This document shows, piece after piece, positions 19,304 to 27,270 of a stretch of 32,000 nucleotides of DNA. Below the pieces are notes generated by a model. That model did not search any database, was not told where the DNA came from, and saw nothing but the letters and a program-made list of their open reading frames with translations. The DNA is taken from positions 4,230,001 to 4,262,000 of the forward strand of contig NZ_CP042905.2 in the NCBI RefSeq assembly GCF_008000775.2, in the 5' to 3' direction. A program made the position numbers and the translations under genes. The first letter of the stretch is position 1. The number at the start of each line of letters is the position of its first letter. This DNA comes from Promethearchaeum syntrophicum (GTDB taxonomy: Archaea > Asgardarchaeota > Lokiarchaeia > Sigyniarchaeales > Promethearchaeaceae).

Positions 19304-20143
19304 ATGGCAATAAACTCGAATAATAAAAAAAATAAAGAAAACCCCCTCTTTAAACCGCGATATCTTGATGCTAAAGATAAAAAAAATGCAAAAATTGCCT
19401 TTACACTCTGTATTGTTGGTATTTTGGCTTTTTTATTTCAAATGCTTTATTTTGTAGTGCGATATAAAGGATTTGATGATTGGTTAATTGTGTTAACTTT
19501 CTGGATAGTTTTTATTATGCCCGGATATATTGCTGATGCTATGATGGTCCTTGTTGGGGGCGGGGGACCGTTAGATGGAGGAAAAATTGCGAAAGATGGA
19601 AGAAGATTGTTTGGATCTGGAAAAACTAAAAGAGGTTTTTTCTTAGGTCCATTGATTGGGGGTATTATTGCATTAATCATTCACGGAATATTATTTTGGC
19701 AGTGGGAAAATATTACTGCTCTTATTATAAGCTTTACAGAAAACCCCGATATCTACTATCACTTTTATGAGAATAATGCGGAGAATTTGATCAAAGATTT
19801 TTCAATATTTTTATTGGGTAATTCATCAGGGGATACAACATTTTTAGGTTTTTTAAATTTAATTCCCCGAGTATTTTTATGTGCCTATGGAACTGCTTTT
19901 GGTGATCTTGCTGGATCTTGGGCAAAAAGACGAAAGAATATTGCTTCAGGACAACCTTTTTGGATAGTAGATCAAATCGATTTCTTAGGTGGATGTCTTT
20001 TATTCGCAGGATGGTTTGTGTTTATTCCACCAGCGATTTATACAATCCATGTTTTAATTATGCTCCTTATTATTACCCCAAGTCTTGCTTTAATATCTAA
20101 TTCAATTTCATTTCTTACTGGCGGTAAGTCAGTCCCATGGTAA
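19304..20143 (+). CDS. carS: CDP-archaeol synthase (DUF46/CarS family)
   Basis: MPGYIADAMMVLVGGGGPLDGGKIAKDGRRLFGSGKTKRGFFLGPLIGG, GDLAGSWAKRRKNIASGQPFWIVDQIDF, C-terminal GKSVPW. Confidence 0.9.
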   Translation: MAINSNNKKNKENPLFKPRYLDAKDKKNAKIAFTLCIVGILAFLFQMLYFVVRYKGFDDWLIVLTFWIVFIMPGYIADAMMVLVGGGGPLDGGKIAKDGRRLFGSGKTKRGFFLGPLIGGIIALIIHGILFWQWENITALIISFTENPDIYYHFYENNAENLIKDFSIFLLGNSSGDTTFLGFLNLIPRVFLCAYGTAFGDLAGSWAKRRKNIASGQPFWIVDQIDFLGGCLLFAGWFVFIPPAIYTIHVLIMLLIITPSLALISNSISFLTGGKSVPW

Positions 20144-20241
20144 ATTCATTTTGTGATAATTCAAATACCAAGTAGCTACATATTAAGGAACATTCGCATT
20201 TTATAATCTTAATATTTAAGATAATAATTTGGTGAAAAAAT

Positions 20242-20409
20242 ATGAGCGATGACGAATTAAGAAAAGAAATTGAAGAACACGATAAAAGCAAAATGGCTAA
20301 AGTCTCTGCAGATGAATTAGCAGCACGTGAAGCCGAAAAGAAGAAACGAGCCGAAGAATTGGCAAAACTTAAAGAAAAACTTAAAGCGGAAGGTAAATGG
20401 GAAGAATAA
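20242..20409 (+). CDS. small highly charged protein (55 aa), not in the supplied ORF track
   Basis: Continuous ORF MSDDELRKEIEEHDKSKMAKVSADELAAREAEKKKRAEELAKLKEKLKAEGKWEE with GGTGAAAAAAT upstream. The antisense 105-aa ORF looks less natural. Confidence 0.6.
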   Translation: MSDDELRKEIEEHDKSKMAKVSADELAAREAEKKKRAEELAKLKEKLKAEGKWEE

Positions 20410-20479
20410 TTTCCCCAATTTACTAAAATCATTTATTCTCAGAATCAGCTAAAATATATTTTACATTTTTTGATTTTTT

Positions 20480-21076
20480 TCATATCTTATATTCAGTAAA
20501 TTTCATTTTTTCTTTGGTTGTTGGAGATATATAAGACCCCCCTTCTTTGTCTCGCAATATTACTTTGAATGGCATTTGTTTTGATAGAACCTTGTTCAAT
20601 CTTTTTAAACTCTCATTAGCATTTTGCCATTCTATTATATCTGTTGGAGTAGTCCTTAGGAAAAATTCTAATTGGGTTTTCATCTTTAGAATTATTCCTT
20701 CGATGTTCGTGAATTCAAAAGTTGCAGCGGGACCCCGTTCAATTATCATGCCGATTTCAGGAATTTCCAAATCGCCACGTGCACCCCTAAATACTTTGTG
20801 AGTAAAATCCCCGTCATCAACGGTTAAAAGATATTCACCTGGTTTAAATGCAGTAAACATATTAACCATATCAGATTTTTTGTAATTGCATTTATTGCAT
20901 TCTAATAGGATAATTAAAACCTCATCACCGTCTGGAAGGGAGTAAATAGTTCGGGTCATTTTTAATCCTTTTTCATTACAAACGGGGCAAAGGTAGTCTT
21001 CTGTCATCTCTGGAAGTTCATAAGTCCCCTCTTTTTTTGATAGGGATGCTTTTTCGGAGATTCCTTTTTTGACCAT
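20480..21076 (-). CDS. ZPR1-type zinc finger domain protein
   Basis: CPVCNEKGLKMTRTIYSLPDGDEVLIILLECNKCNYK, matching the ZPR1 zinc ribbon, plus LEIPEIGMIIERGPA. Confidence 0.85.
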   Translation of the reverse strand: MVKKGISEKASLSKKEGTYELPEMTEDYLCPVCNEKGLKMTRTIYSLPDGDEVLIILLECNKCNYKKSDMVNMFTAFKPGEYLLTVDDGDFTHKVFRGARGDLEIPEIGMIIERGPAATFEFTNIEGIILKMKTQLEFFLRTTPTDIIEWQNANESLKRLNKVLSKQMPFKVILRDKEGGSYISPTTKEKMKFTEYKI

Positions 21077-21175
21077 TACTAAATTTGAATATTTTACTTT
21101 TGAAAATTCTTATGTTTTATTTTGAAAATTTTTATGTTATATCTAAAATTATGAATACCCGTTGAGGAATTTATT

Positions 21176-21778
21176 ATGACTGATGAAAAAATCATTTACG
21201 AAGTTACAATGCATGGTAGAGGTGGGCAAGGAGCAATAACTGCTGCCCTTCTGCTCTGTGAAATCGCATATGCCGATGGATTTAAAGATGTTTTATCTAT
21301 CCCCAAGATAGGAGCCGAAAGACGAGGCGCTCCAATCAAGGCGTTTAGTAAATTATCTCCAAAAAATGAGATAAAGAACTACAGTGCAACAGAAGATGCA
21401 GATTTTACCATAATTTTTGATCCTACTTTACTCTCAATACCAGGAGTAGCAGACGGAATAAAACACGGAACAGTTCTGATTAATACAAACGCAGACGTTG
21501 ATGTATCAATATTTCCTAAAGAATGTAAAATCTATACAGTTCCAGTAACAGATATTGCACTTAAATTAAATTTACTAGCTTCTGGATATCCAATATTAAA
21601 TGTTCCACTTCTTGGAGCACTCACAAAAGTAAAATATAAGGATGAAGCAGGTGAACGAACTTTAGGTTTACATTTGGAAACAATAAAAAAAATTGCCGAT
21701 AAAAAATTTGGATCGAAAGGTATTTTAAATTATGAAGCGGCAGTAAAAGCGGCAGAACAAGTAAAGGAGTTGCGATAA
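21176..21778 (+). CDS. porG: pyruvate/2-oxoacid:ferredoxin oxidoreductase gamma subunit
   Basis: MHGRGGQGAITAALLLCEIAYADG and IGAERRGAPIKAF. Confidence 0.9.
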   Translation: MTDEKIIYEVTMHGRGGQGAITAALLLCEIAYADGFKDVLSIPKIGAERRGAPIKAFSKLSPKNEIKNYSATEDADFTIIFDPTLLSIPGVADGIKHGTVLINTNADVDVSIFPKECKIYTVPVTDIALKLNLLASGYPILNVPLLGALTKVKYKDEAGERTLGLHLETIKKIADKKFGSKGILNYEAAVKAAEQVKELR

Positions 21779-22126
21779 ATGACTGAAGAAGAAAAGAAAA
21801 ACTGGGAAGTAATAAGAATGTGTCGAGATGATCGACCAGAAGTCCAATGTTGGACGAGTTATTGGGATCTTCCATATGGTCCTGTTTCACTACCAGTAAA
21901 GGGTAGCGCAGGAAAGACGGGGGATTGGAGAACATTTACACCGGTTGTTAACAATGAAAATTGCATCAAATGCTATTTCTGTTATATGTATTGTCCCGAA
22001 GGTACGATTTCTGTAAATGATGAAACCGGATTTGTAAAAATTGATTATGATTATTGCAAAGGATGTGGAATTTGTGCAAAAAATTGCCCAAAAGAATGTA
22101 TTTCAATGGAAAAGATGAGTAAATAG
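21779..22126 (+). CDS. porD: 2-oxoacid:ferredoxin oxidoreductase delta subunit (2x[4Fe-4S])
   Basis: Two CxxCxxCxxxCP motifs: CIKCYFCYMYCPEG and CKGCGICAKNCPKE. Confidence 0.93.
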   Translation: MTEEEKKNWEVIRMCRDDRPEVQCWTSYWDLPYGPVSLPVKGSAGKTGDWRTFTPVVNNENCIKCYFCYMYCPEGTISVNDETGFVKIDYDYCKGCGICAKNCPKECISMEKMSK

Positions 22127-23434
22127 GTGAAAAATATGGCAAAACCAAAATTTATGGAAGGCCCATTAAAAGGGAATTTTGCATCAGCGTATGCAGCAAT
22201 GGATGCAGATATAGATGTTTGTACCGCATATCCTATTACACCACAAACCACCGTTGTTGAAAAACTTAGTGAATTAATAGGAGAAGAAGAATTTATTGAA
22301 CGTCAACATGTTGAATATGTCCGTATGGAATCAGAGCATAGTGTTGGGGCAGGTTTGGTCGGTGCGAGTTATGGCGGAGCTAGAACATTTACTGCCACTG
22401 CTGGACAAGGTTTATTATATATGACTGAGATGGTCCATTGGATGACTGGAGCTCGATTACCACCGGTAGTAGCGATTCAAACACGCGGTATCACAGGTCC
22501 TGGTTGGAATATTTGGGCGGATTATGGAGATATTTTAAGTTTACGAGATAGTGGGATAATGATTCAATTTATTGCTTCTCATCAAGAAATATATGATTCA
22601 ATTATTCAAGGATACAATATCACTGAACACCCAGATGTTATGTTGCCTCTTTTTCCAGCTTATGGAGGATTTGTTTTAAGTCATACTGCAAAACCTGTGA
22701 AGAGAATTCCATGGGAAGATGCACAAAAATTTGTTCGACCTAAGACACCAGAATGGCCACATGTTTGGGTAGATGGGGAACGTCCTATAATGAGTAACGC
22801 TCTCATTATGCCACAAAATTTCTATACAGAGTTCAGAATTAAAATTCATGAAGCACAAATGAACGCATTACCAGTAATAAAAAATACCATGGCAGAATTC
22901 GAAAAATCATTTGGAAGAGGCTATGGTAATGGTCTGGTTGTTCCATATAAATGTGAGGATGCTGAAGTTCTTTTAATTGGATATGGAGGAAATGCTCTTC
23001 AAGCAGAGGACGCTGTTGATAAAGCGCGTGAGCAAGGTTATAAGGCGGGAGCATTAAGACTAAGAACATATAGACCATTTCCACAAGAAGATCTCCTACA
23101 TTATATCAAAAAAATTCCTTATGTAGCCGTTATGGAACGCGCTCTTGCTTTTGGAAGTCCTACGGGGGGAGCTGTAAGCACTGATATTATGGCTATTTGT
23201 CAGCGAGATCCCGAAGCGAGAAACGCAAATATTGTTCCATTCATTGGAGGATTAGGAGGTCGGGATGTATTTTTAGATGAACAAATCGATCAAATTAAAA
23301 TTTTATATGAATTGAAAGAAAAAGGTGAAGTTCCTGATAGGAAATACAAGATGTGGGATACCTTTTGGACTGGTTTAATTACGGGTGATAAAAAAATGGC
23401 TATAGAAAATGAAGAATATTTTGGAGATATCTAA
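22127..23434 (+). CDS. porA: 2-oxoacid:ferredoxin oxidoreductase alpha subunit
   Basis: DVCTAYPITPQTTVVEKLSE, RMESEHSVGAGLVGASYGGARTFTATAGQGLLYM. Confidence 0.93.
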   Translation: MKNMAKPKFMEGPLKGNFASAYAAMDADIDVCTAYPITPQTTVVEKLSELIGEEEFIERQHVEYVRMESEHSVGAGLVGASYGGARTFTATAGQGLLYMTEMVHWMTGARLPPVVAIQTRGITGPGWNIWADYGDILSLRDSGIMIQFIASHQEIYDSIIQGYNITEHPDVMLPLFPAYGGFVLSHTAKPVKRIPWEDAQKFVRPKTPEWPHVWVDGERPIMSNALIMPQNFYTEFRIKIHEAQMNALPVIKNTMAEFEKSFGRGYGNGLVVPYKCEDAEVLLIGYGGNALQAEDAVDKAREQGYKAGALRLRTYRPFPQEDLLHYIKKIPYVAVMERALAFGSPTGGAVSTDIMAICQRDPEARNANIVPFIGGLGGRDVFLDEQIDQIKILYELKEKGEVPDRKYKMWDTFWTGLITGDKKMAIENEEYFGDI

Positions 23435-23448
23435 GGGACTGATTAGAA

Positions 23449-24387
23449 ATGGCAAAAACAAAAATTAAAGATATACTTGCAAACCCAGAATCACGAAGGG
23501 AATATTTTCTTCCTGGTAATAGTACCTGCCAAGGTTGTGGCCTTGACATGGCGCTGAGATGGGCAATGAAAGCGTTAGGGCAAAATACGGTCATGATCTC
23601 TCCAGCAAGCTGTTCAAATGTAGTAACTGGTTTATGGCCAAAAAGTGCACCAGACTGGCCTTATTTCAATATGGCTTTCGCAGGTGCTGCTGCTGCCGCT
23701 ACAGGAATGAAACATGGCTTAATAACCAAAGGCAAAGGAGACTATAACGTTGTAGTTTGGGCTGGTGATGGTGGAACTACTGATATTGGTTTACAAGGAT
23801 TAAGTGGAGCAGCCGAACGGAATGAAGATATTATATATGTTTGCTACGATAACGAGGCTTATCAAAATACGGGAAATCAAAGGAGTAGTAGCACACCTCA
23901 TGGTGGAGCAACCACAACTACACCTTATGGAAAAGAGCGGTATAAAAAGAATCTTCCTATGATTGTTGCAGCACATAATGTTCCTTATGTAGCTACGGCT
24001 AGTGTGGGAGATCCAATGGATTTGTATGATAAATTTATGAAAGCAAAGAAAATAAAAGGATTTCGATATATTCATATTTTAGCACCTTGTCCTCCAGGAT
24101 GGCGATATCCTGCAGAAGAAACAATTCAACAAACAAAATTGATAGTCGATACTGGGGTATTCCCACTCTTTGAAATTGAAGATGGAAATTTGACTTTAAA
24201 TGGAAAAAGCAAACGGTTACATGATAAAACCAAACGAAAACCCCTTGGAGAATATTTCAATAAAAAAAATCAAGGAAGATTTAAGGTTGTTGATGAGAAA
24301 ATTCTTGGAGAGCTCCAAATGGATACAGATCGATGGTGGAAATGGATTGATCGATTTTTAGTTATTCAAGATTACGAGGAAAAATAA
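23449..24387 (+). CDS. porB: 2-oxoacid:ferredoxin oxidoreductase beta subunit (TPP-binding)
   Basis: CQGCGLDMALRWAMKALG, VVWAGDGGTTDIGLQGLSGAAERNEDIIYVCYDNEAYQNTG and LAPCPPGW. Confidence 0.94.
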   Translation: MAKTKIKDILANPESRREYFLPGNSTCQGCGLDMALRWAMKALGQNTVMISPASCSNVVTGLWPKSAPDWPYFNMAFAGAAAAATGMKHGLITKGKGDYNVVVWAGDGGTTDIGLQGLSGAAERNEDIIYVCYDNEAYQNTGNQRSSSTPHGGATTTTPYGKERYKKNLPMIVAAHNVPYVATASVGDPMDLYDKFMKAKKIKGFRYIHILAPCPPGWRYPAEETIQQTKLIVDTGVFPLFEIEDGNLTLNGKSKRLHDKTKRKPLGEYFNKKNQGRFKVVDEKILGELQMDTDRWWKWIDRFLVIQDYEEK

Positions 24388-24445
24388 ATTAAGCAATTGT
24401 TAAAGTAGTTTTTTCTTTTTTCTTTTTTATTTTTAAAAAATATGT

Positions 24446-25006
24446 ATGAATTGGCTGATTTTGAACATGAAAAACTTTAATTTAATAATTTCTACGGGAC
24501 GGGACTTTGAAGATCAGGCTGAATACGAATTATGGTTTAATCTATTAGCATTAGGAGATGAATCCCCCATAATTTTTCGTTCCGGAAATCAAGGATTAAT
24601 ATTAGCAAAAACTACGATTAATCCACTAGATCTTATTCAACATTTCCGTGAAATCACACAGAATAAAGATAGAAATTATATCCAATTTATCCATAAATTA
24701 ACCCCAATCGATATTGTAGTTCCGTCAGATCTAGATTCATTAAAGGAGGGTATGCTTAAATTGATAGAAAAACACCCACTTGGTCAAGATTCCACAACAA
24801 AATATAGAATTTCGGTAAAAAAAAGACAATCTACATTACAAACTTCTGAAATCATTGATATAATTGCTTCAACCTTGCCAAATGATGTTTCATTAAAAGA
24901 ATATGATTGGAATGTTCAAGTCGAAGTAATAGGAGATTCTACAGGGATCGCATTACTTAGGAAATCAGATATATTTAAACCAATCAGCGAAAAAAGACAG
25001 TTATAA
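24446..25006 (+). CDS. THUMP-domain protein (Tan1/COG1818-like)
   Basis: FNLIISTGRDFEDQAEYELWFNLLALGDE... with KYRISVKKRQSTLQTSEIIDIIAS, typical of THUMP. The start may be the downstream MKNFNLI. Confidence 0.75.
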   Translation: MNWLILNMKNFNLIISTGRDFEDQAEYELWFNLLALGDESPIIFRSGNQGLILAKTTINPLDLIQHFREITQNKDRNYIQFIHKLTPIDIVVPSDLDSLKEGMLKLIEKHPLGQDSTTKYRISVKKRQSTLQTSEIIDIIASTLPNDVSLKEYDWNVQVEVIGDSTGIALLRKSDIFKPISEKRQL

Positions 25007-25035
25007 TTAGTTGTATTTTTAAGAAAAGAGAAAAA

Positions 25036-25184
25036 GAGGCCGCGTGCAGCACCCGCATCAAACCGATGCGTAAAAGGAGGACCTCTTCTACGAAGAGGTT
25101 AAATCAAGCCATCTCGATTAGAGATGACATCCAAAAAGACAAAATAATTAACTGCACGCAAGCCATGGTTTATCTTTTTTTTTT
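25036..25184 (+). ncRNA. candidate structured non-coding RNA of unrecognised family
   Basis: Closing helix GCGTGCAG (25042-25049) / CTGCACGC (25152-25159), with GGC/GCC extension at 25038-25040/25162-25164. Internal hairpins CGCATC/GATGCG (25054-25070), ACCTCTTC/GAAGAGGT (25081-25099) and CATCTC/GAGATG (25110-25126). T tract from about 25175. Confidence 0.55.
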
Positions 25185-25401
25185 AAATCTGCTACATTTA
25201 AATTCTAAGTTTTCTTCAATGTATAGTAAATTTTCTGATTGCCTCTAAATTACTGAACAGATTCAAAAAGACTAGAAAAAATTTGTTCTAATAAATTTTC
25301 CCCGTTTATCCTTCAAATAAGTCGAAAATTTACTAAATTGTTTCTTAAGAACAAATTTTTTTGGAATGCGTTCTAAATCAATCTAAGGATTGAAAATAAA
25401 A

Positions 25402-26616
25402 ATGCGAGTAGGAATTTTGACCGGCGGTGGAGATTGTCCGGGACTAAATGCGGTTATTTACGGGGCATTATTGAGGGCATCTACTGAGAAAGATAAAGAA
25501 GTGGATGTAATAGGCATAATAAAGGGTTGGAAAGTTTTCGCAATAGAAAATATTTCCCCTGCAGATGTAGATCATTACACCCAAAAATTGGATATCGGAG
25601 AATTAGATGATTTGCACACAAAAGGGGGAACAATGTTATATACTTCACGAACAAATCCCTTTAAGGCTATAGCTAAATTAAAAGATCCGATTGAAAAAGA
25701 AGAAAAGACTAAAGAAATCGGATTGGAGTTAGCAAATAAGTTCAAAACTTTAAACATTGATGCTTTAATTACCATTGGCGGAGATGATACATGCGGTGTA
25801 GCTGCAGCCATGTATCAATATGGTAATGCAAAAGTATGTGCTTGTCCAAAAACGATCGATAACGATCTTGCAGGAACTGATTTTACATTTGGATTTTTTA
25901 GTGGGGCTCAATTAGCGAGTAATACACTTGATAATTTAACAACCACAGCACATTCTCACCAACGCATTTTTATTACCGAGATTATGGGTCGTGATGCAGG
26001 ATGGTTGACTTTATACAGCGGTCTTTCGAGTGGTGCAGATATAATTCTTTTACCTGAGACTCCATTTGACTTTAAGAAGGACATTGTGGAAGTTCTAATG
26101 GCACGTGCAAATTCTGGTTATAAATTTCATATGATTGCTTGTAGTGAAGGAGCATACCCGACTAAAGAATCTTTGGATAGGGATTTTTCTGTTATTTCAC
26201 AAAAAGATATAGATAATTTACCAAAAGATGCTTTTGGAAATCCAGAACTACCTAAATTGAATATTGCAGACAAAATTCAAAAAGAATTAAACAAACGAGA
26301 CGATATTAAGAAATATTTCAATGATCGCCACGCGCATTACGAAATTCGTTCAGTAGTGTTAGGGCATACAATGCGCGCGGGAACACCTAACGTGTTTGAT
26401 CGAGTACTTGGGCTACGTTACGGCTGGCATGCAATGAGTTATATTATTGACGGTAATTATGGCAAATTAAGTGCTTTGAAAGGAACGGATATTGTACCAG
26501 TTGATTTAATTGAGGGATCTAAAAAAGGGTTGATAGATCCTACTTCGGATTTAATACAGATTAGAGATGCAATGACTACTGTGAAGCATAAATCTAAAGA
26601 AAAATTGTTTAAATAA
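25402..26616 (+). CDS. 6-phosphofructokinase, PPi-dependent-type signature
   Basis: MRVGILTGGGDCPGLNAVI, ITIGGDDTCGVAAAM and PKTIDNDLAGTDFTFGF. The track start at 25390 is a TTG; ATG at 25402 gives a canonical N-terminus. Confidence 0.93.
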   Translation: MRVGILTGGGDCPGLNAVIYGALLRASTEKDKEVDVIGIIKGWKVFAIENISPADVDHYTQKLDIGELDDLHTKGGTMLYTSRTNPFKAIAKLKDPIEKEEKTKEIGLELANKFKTLNIDALITIGGDDTCGVAAAMYQYGNAKVCACPKTIDNDLAGTDFTFGFFSGAQLASNTLDNLTTTAHSHQRIFITEIMGRDAGWLTLYSGLSSGADIILLPETPFDFKKDIVEVLMARANSGYKFHMIACSEGAYPTKESLDRDFSVISQKDIDNLPKDAFGNPELPKLNIADKIQKELNKRDDIKKYFNDRHAHYEIRSVVLGHTMRAGTPNVFDRVLGLRYGWHAMSYIIDGNYGKLSALKGTDIVPVDLIEGSKKGLIDPTSDLIQIRDAMTTVKHKSKEKLFK

Positions 26617-26777
26617 TTTTCGTGACATTTTTTTATTTTCTTTTTTCTTTCATTCTACAATGCTTTTTCTTTGAGATATGATTCTGATCTCTTCCAATCA
26701 CATTCGTTTACTCTTTCTCTAGTTAATTTTAGGATATTTTCTGTCAAAAGACCCCCCTTCGCCTCCATTGAGATTGC

Positions 26778-26824
26778 AAGTTTACGGTATAAGATACTTT
26801 CAGCCATGAAGTTTACGGTACAAG
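26778..26824. repeat. short direct repeat AAGTTTACGGTAYAAG x2
   Basis: AAGTTTACGGTATAAG (26778-26793) and AAGTTTACGGTACAAG (26809-26824), one mismatch, 31-nt period. Confidence 0.7.
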
Positions 26825-26929
26825 CCATTCTCCAAATTTTTATAAAGGAAGTCGACAAAATAATTATCACGGAGTCATATCAACACCAACTCCCCCGAAT
26901 GTGATTGGAGAACAATTAATAATTTATGT

Positions 26930-27265
26930 GTCTTGAACCAGGCACATCGAAAAAAAGTATGTCATTCCGCGCGTGGGGAACCCTTTCATCGAAAATTGGT
27001 GGAGGAGGTTCTCAGGGTCAAGCAATCTTTCAGAGATATTGGGATGTTTGCCTCTTGGCGAGCAGGTGGGAACTCAGCACCGCAACAGCTCGTTCGAAGG
27101 GGGAACCCCATGCCACGAAATTTCGGCTATCCCCTGTGCAGCTGATGCAATCCTTCGGGTTTTTTCACCCACGGGAGGAACCGAGACCGCAGCCGGACGA
27201 TCACTAAGAGGGGGGGAAATGACACCGTGTCCTTGAGGGTAAGAAAAGACCTAAAAGGAGGTATG
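26930..27265 (+). ncRNA. candidate IS110 bridge RNA region (left-end encoded)
   Basis: Long GC-rich non-coding leader before the transposase with several stems: 26976-26982/27007-27013, 27057-27063/27088-27094 with inner 27065-27068/27078-27081, and 27122-27128/27191-27197. Contains a degenerate internal duplication. Confidence 0.6.
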
Positions 27266-27270
27266 GCAGG

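Noticed and set aside
20115-20432. 105-aa minus-strand ORF
   Set aside because: Serine/phenylalanine-rich antisense shadow of the more plausible + strand 55-aa charged ORF and the end of carS.
25036-25164. Could the structured RNA be a tRNA?
   Set aside because: Hairpin sizes, loops (AAACC, TAC, GATTA), absence of a TTCRANY-type T loop and a ~25-nt unpaired stretch before the closing strand do not fit a tRNA.
25036-25184. Could the structured RNA be a retron msr-msd, given its complementary ends?
   Set aside because: No reverse transcriptase gene in the neighbourhood, and the typical msr/msd layout is not evident.
25066-25248. 60-aa ORF MRKRRTSSTKRLNQ...
   Set aside because: Starts inside a hairpin of the candidate ncRNA, runs through its T tract, and shows no protein-like domain.
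26655-26870. Minus-strand 71-aa ORF between pfk and IS110
   Set aside because: No recognised domain or supporting context. Possibly a remnant, but unsupported.
26926-27207. 93-aa ORF inside the IS110 left end
   Set aside because: Composition looks like translated GC-rich non-coding DNA, several frames are open, and the region is better explained by structured RNA. Not called as CDS.
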